DNA of 64,000 nucleotides, taken from the NCBI GenBank assembly GCA_031276875.1, contig JAISMG010000028.1:11465-75464 (forward strand), in the 5' to 3' direction. Every line of letters starts with the position of its first letter. Position 1 is the stretch's first letter. The position numbers were made by a program, and so were the translations under genes. Below the pieces are notes generated by a model. The model saw only the letters and a program-made list of their open reading frames with translations. It did not search any database and was not told the DNA's origin. Positions 63,302 through 64,000 of this stretch are shown here, one piece after another. The DNA comes from Candidatus Peribacteria bacterium (GTDB taxonomy: Bacteria > Patescibacteriota > Gracilibacteria > Absconditabacterales > Absconditicoccaceae).

Positions 63302-63925
63302 TTACATATTCTTGATAATCTTTTTCACTACTCCAATGACTTTGGTTTCATCATAAGGGTCAATTTCCACCGTATCAAAGAACCTATTCACAGATTCCAA
63401 AAAGAGTTTTCCATCAGCTTTTACTATCTTTTTGAGTTTGGGAAGCTGATTGTGCACAACAAATACATAATCATTCTCATCATAATGAGCTTGCTGATGA
63501 ATGAGAATAAGGTCGCCATCTTGGATTTTTGGCTCCATTGAATTACCTTTTGCACGCACAAAGAAGGTATTATTTAAATCACCTGTCCCAATAAATGCCA
63601 TCGTTACAGGAATTCTTTCTTGGGTGTATTCATGTACTACTGCTTTTCCTTGGTTTCCACACTGGGCAAAACCATAGATAGGAAGCTGAATAATATCTGT
63701 GAATTTATCGGTGATATTTTCACGAACGAGACGATATCCCTTTTCGTCTTTGACAAAGTATCCCTTTAAAATAAGCTGATTGAGCTTATTGAGCACGGTT
63801 TGAGGGTGATTTACTCAGATTTCTTCAGCTATTTCTCTGAGTGTAAGTCCTTCTCCATTTATATTTTTTTTGAAGAAGTTGATGAGAGCCTTTTGCACGG
63901 CATCGAGTCCTTTGTTGTACATCAT
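63302..63925 (-). CDS. lexA: LexA-like repressor (wHTH + S24 peptidase)
   Basis: TLREIAEEIG..HPQTV; PIYGFAQCG cleavage region; GNSM and LKK catalytic residues. Confidence 0.78.
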
Positions 63926-64000
63926 ACTAAGGGGTAAAAATAAAAGACAGTTTCTTTATACAAATCTCCTTGACGATGTCAAATCATTTTTATAGTTCAT

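Noticed and set aside
63302-63925. Prophage CI repressor
   Set aside because: LexA-type winged HTH and no phage genes within the window; sequence beyond 64000 not visible

Overview
Low-GC bacterial chromosome segment, most likely Absconditabacteria (SR1, Patescibacteria/CPR). It uses a doubly non-standard code: TGA=Gly (table 25) and CGA/CGG=Trp, both visible at invariant motif positions. The supplied standard-code ORF track therefore fragments or misses many genes; coordinates below were re-read by hand with TGA=Gly. Core genes: pheT 3' end, 4 tRNAs, rnhB, infB, murF, dnaJ, obgE, dtd, pheS, valS, a lexA-like gene, murL, ybaB and a histone-H1-like gene. Accessory content: (1) two integrase-free islands flanked by direct duplications of core-gene ends, one at the infB 5' end (LysM-amidase-lytic transglycosylase fusion plus polysaccharide deacetylase) and one at the dnaJ 3' end (decaying HD-domain and Cys-His-Asp genes); (2) a truncated copA followed by a 3-repeat membrane protein; (3) a four-gene defence operon (R-M fusion, S subunit, Hachiman hamA-hamB; the ham genes are absent from the ORF track); (4) a Cfr-like rRNA methyltransferase; (5) an unassigned ~170-nt multi-hairpin ncRNA candidate with its own promoter and terminator; (6) higBA; (7) REP- and RIME-like palindromes; (8) a surface-glycan locus. 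All family calls come from motif recognition by eye; no searches were run.
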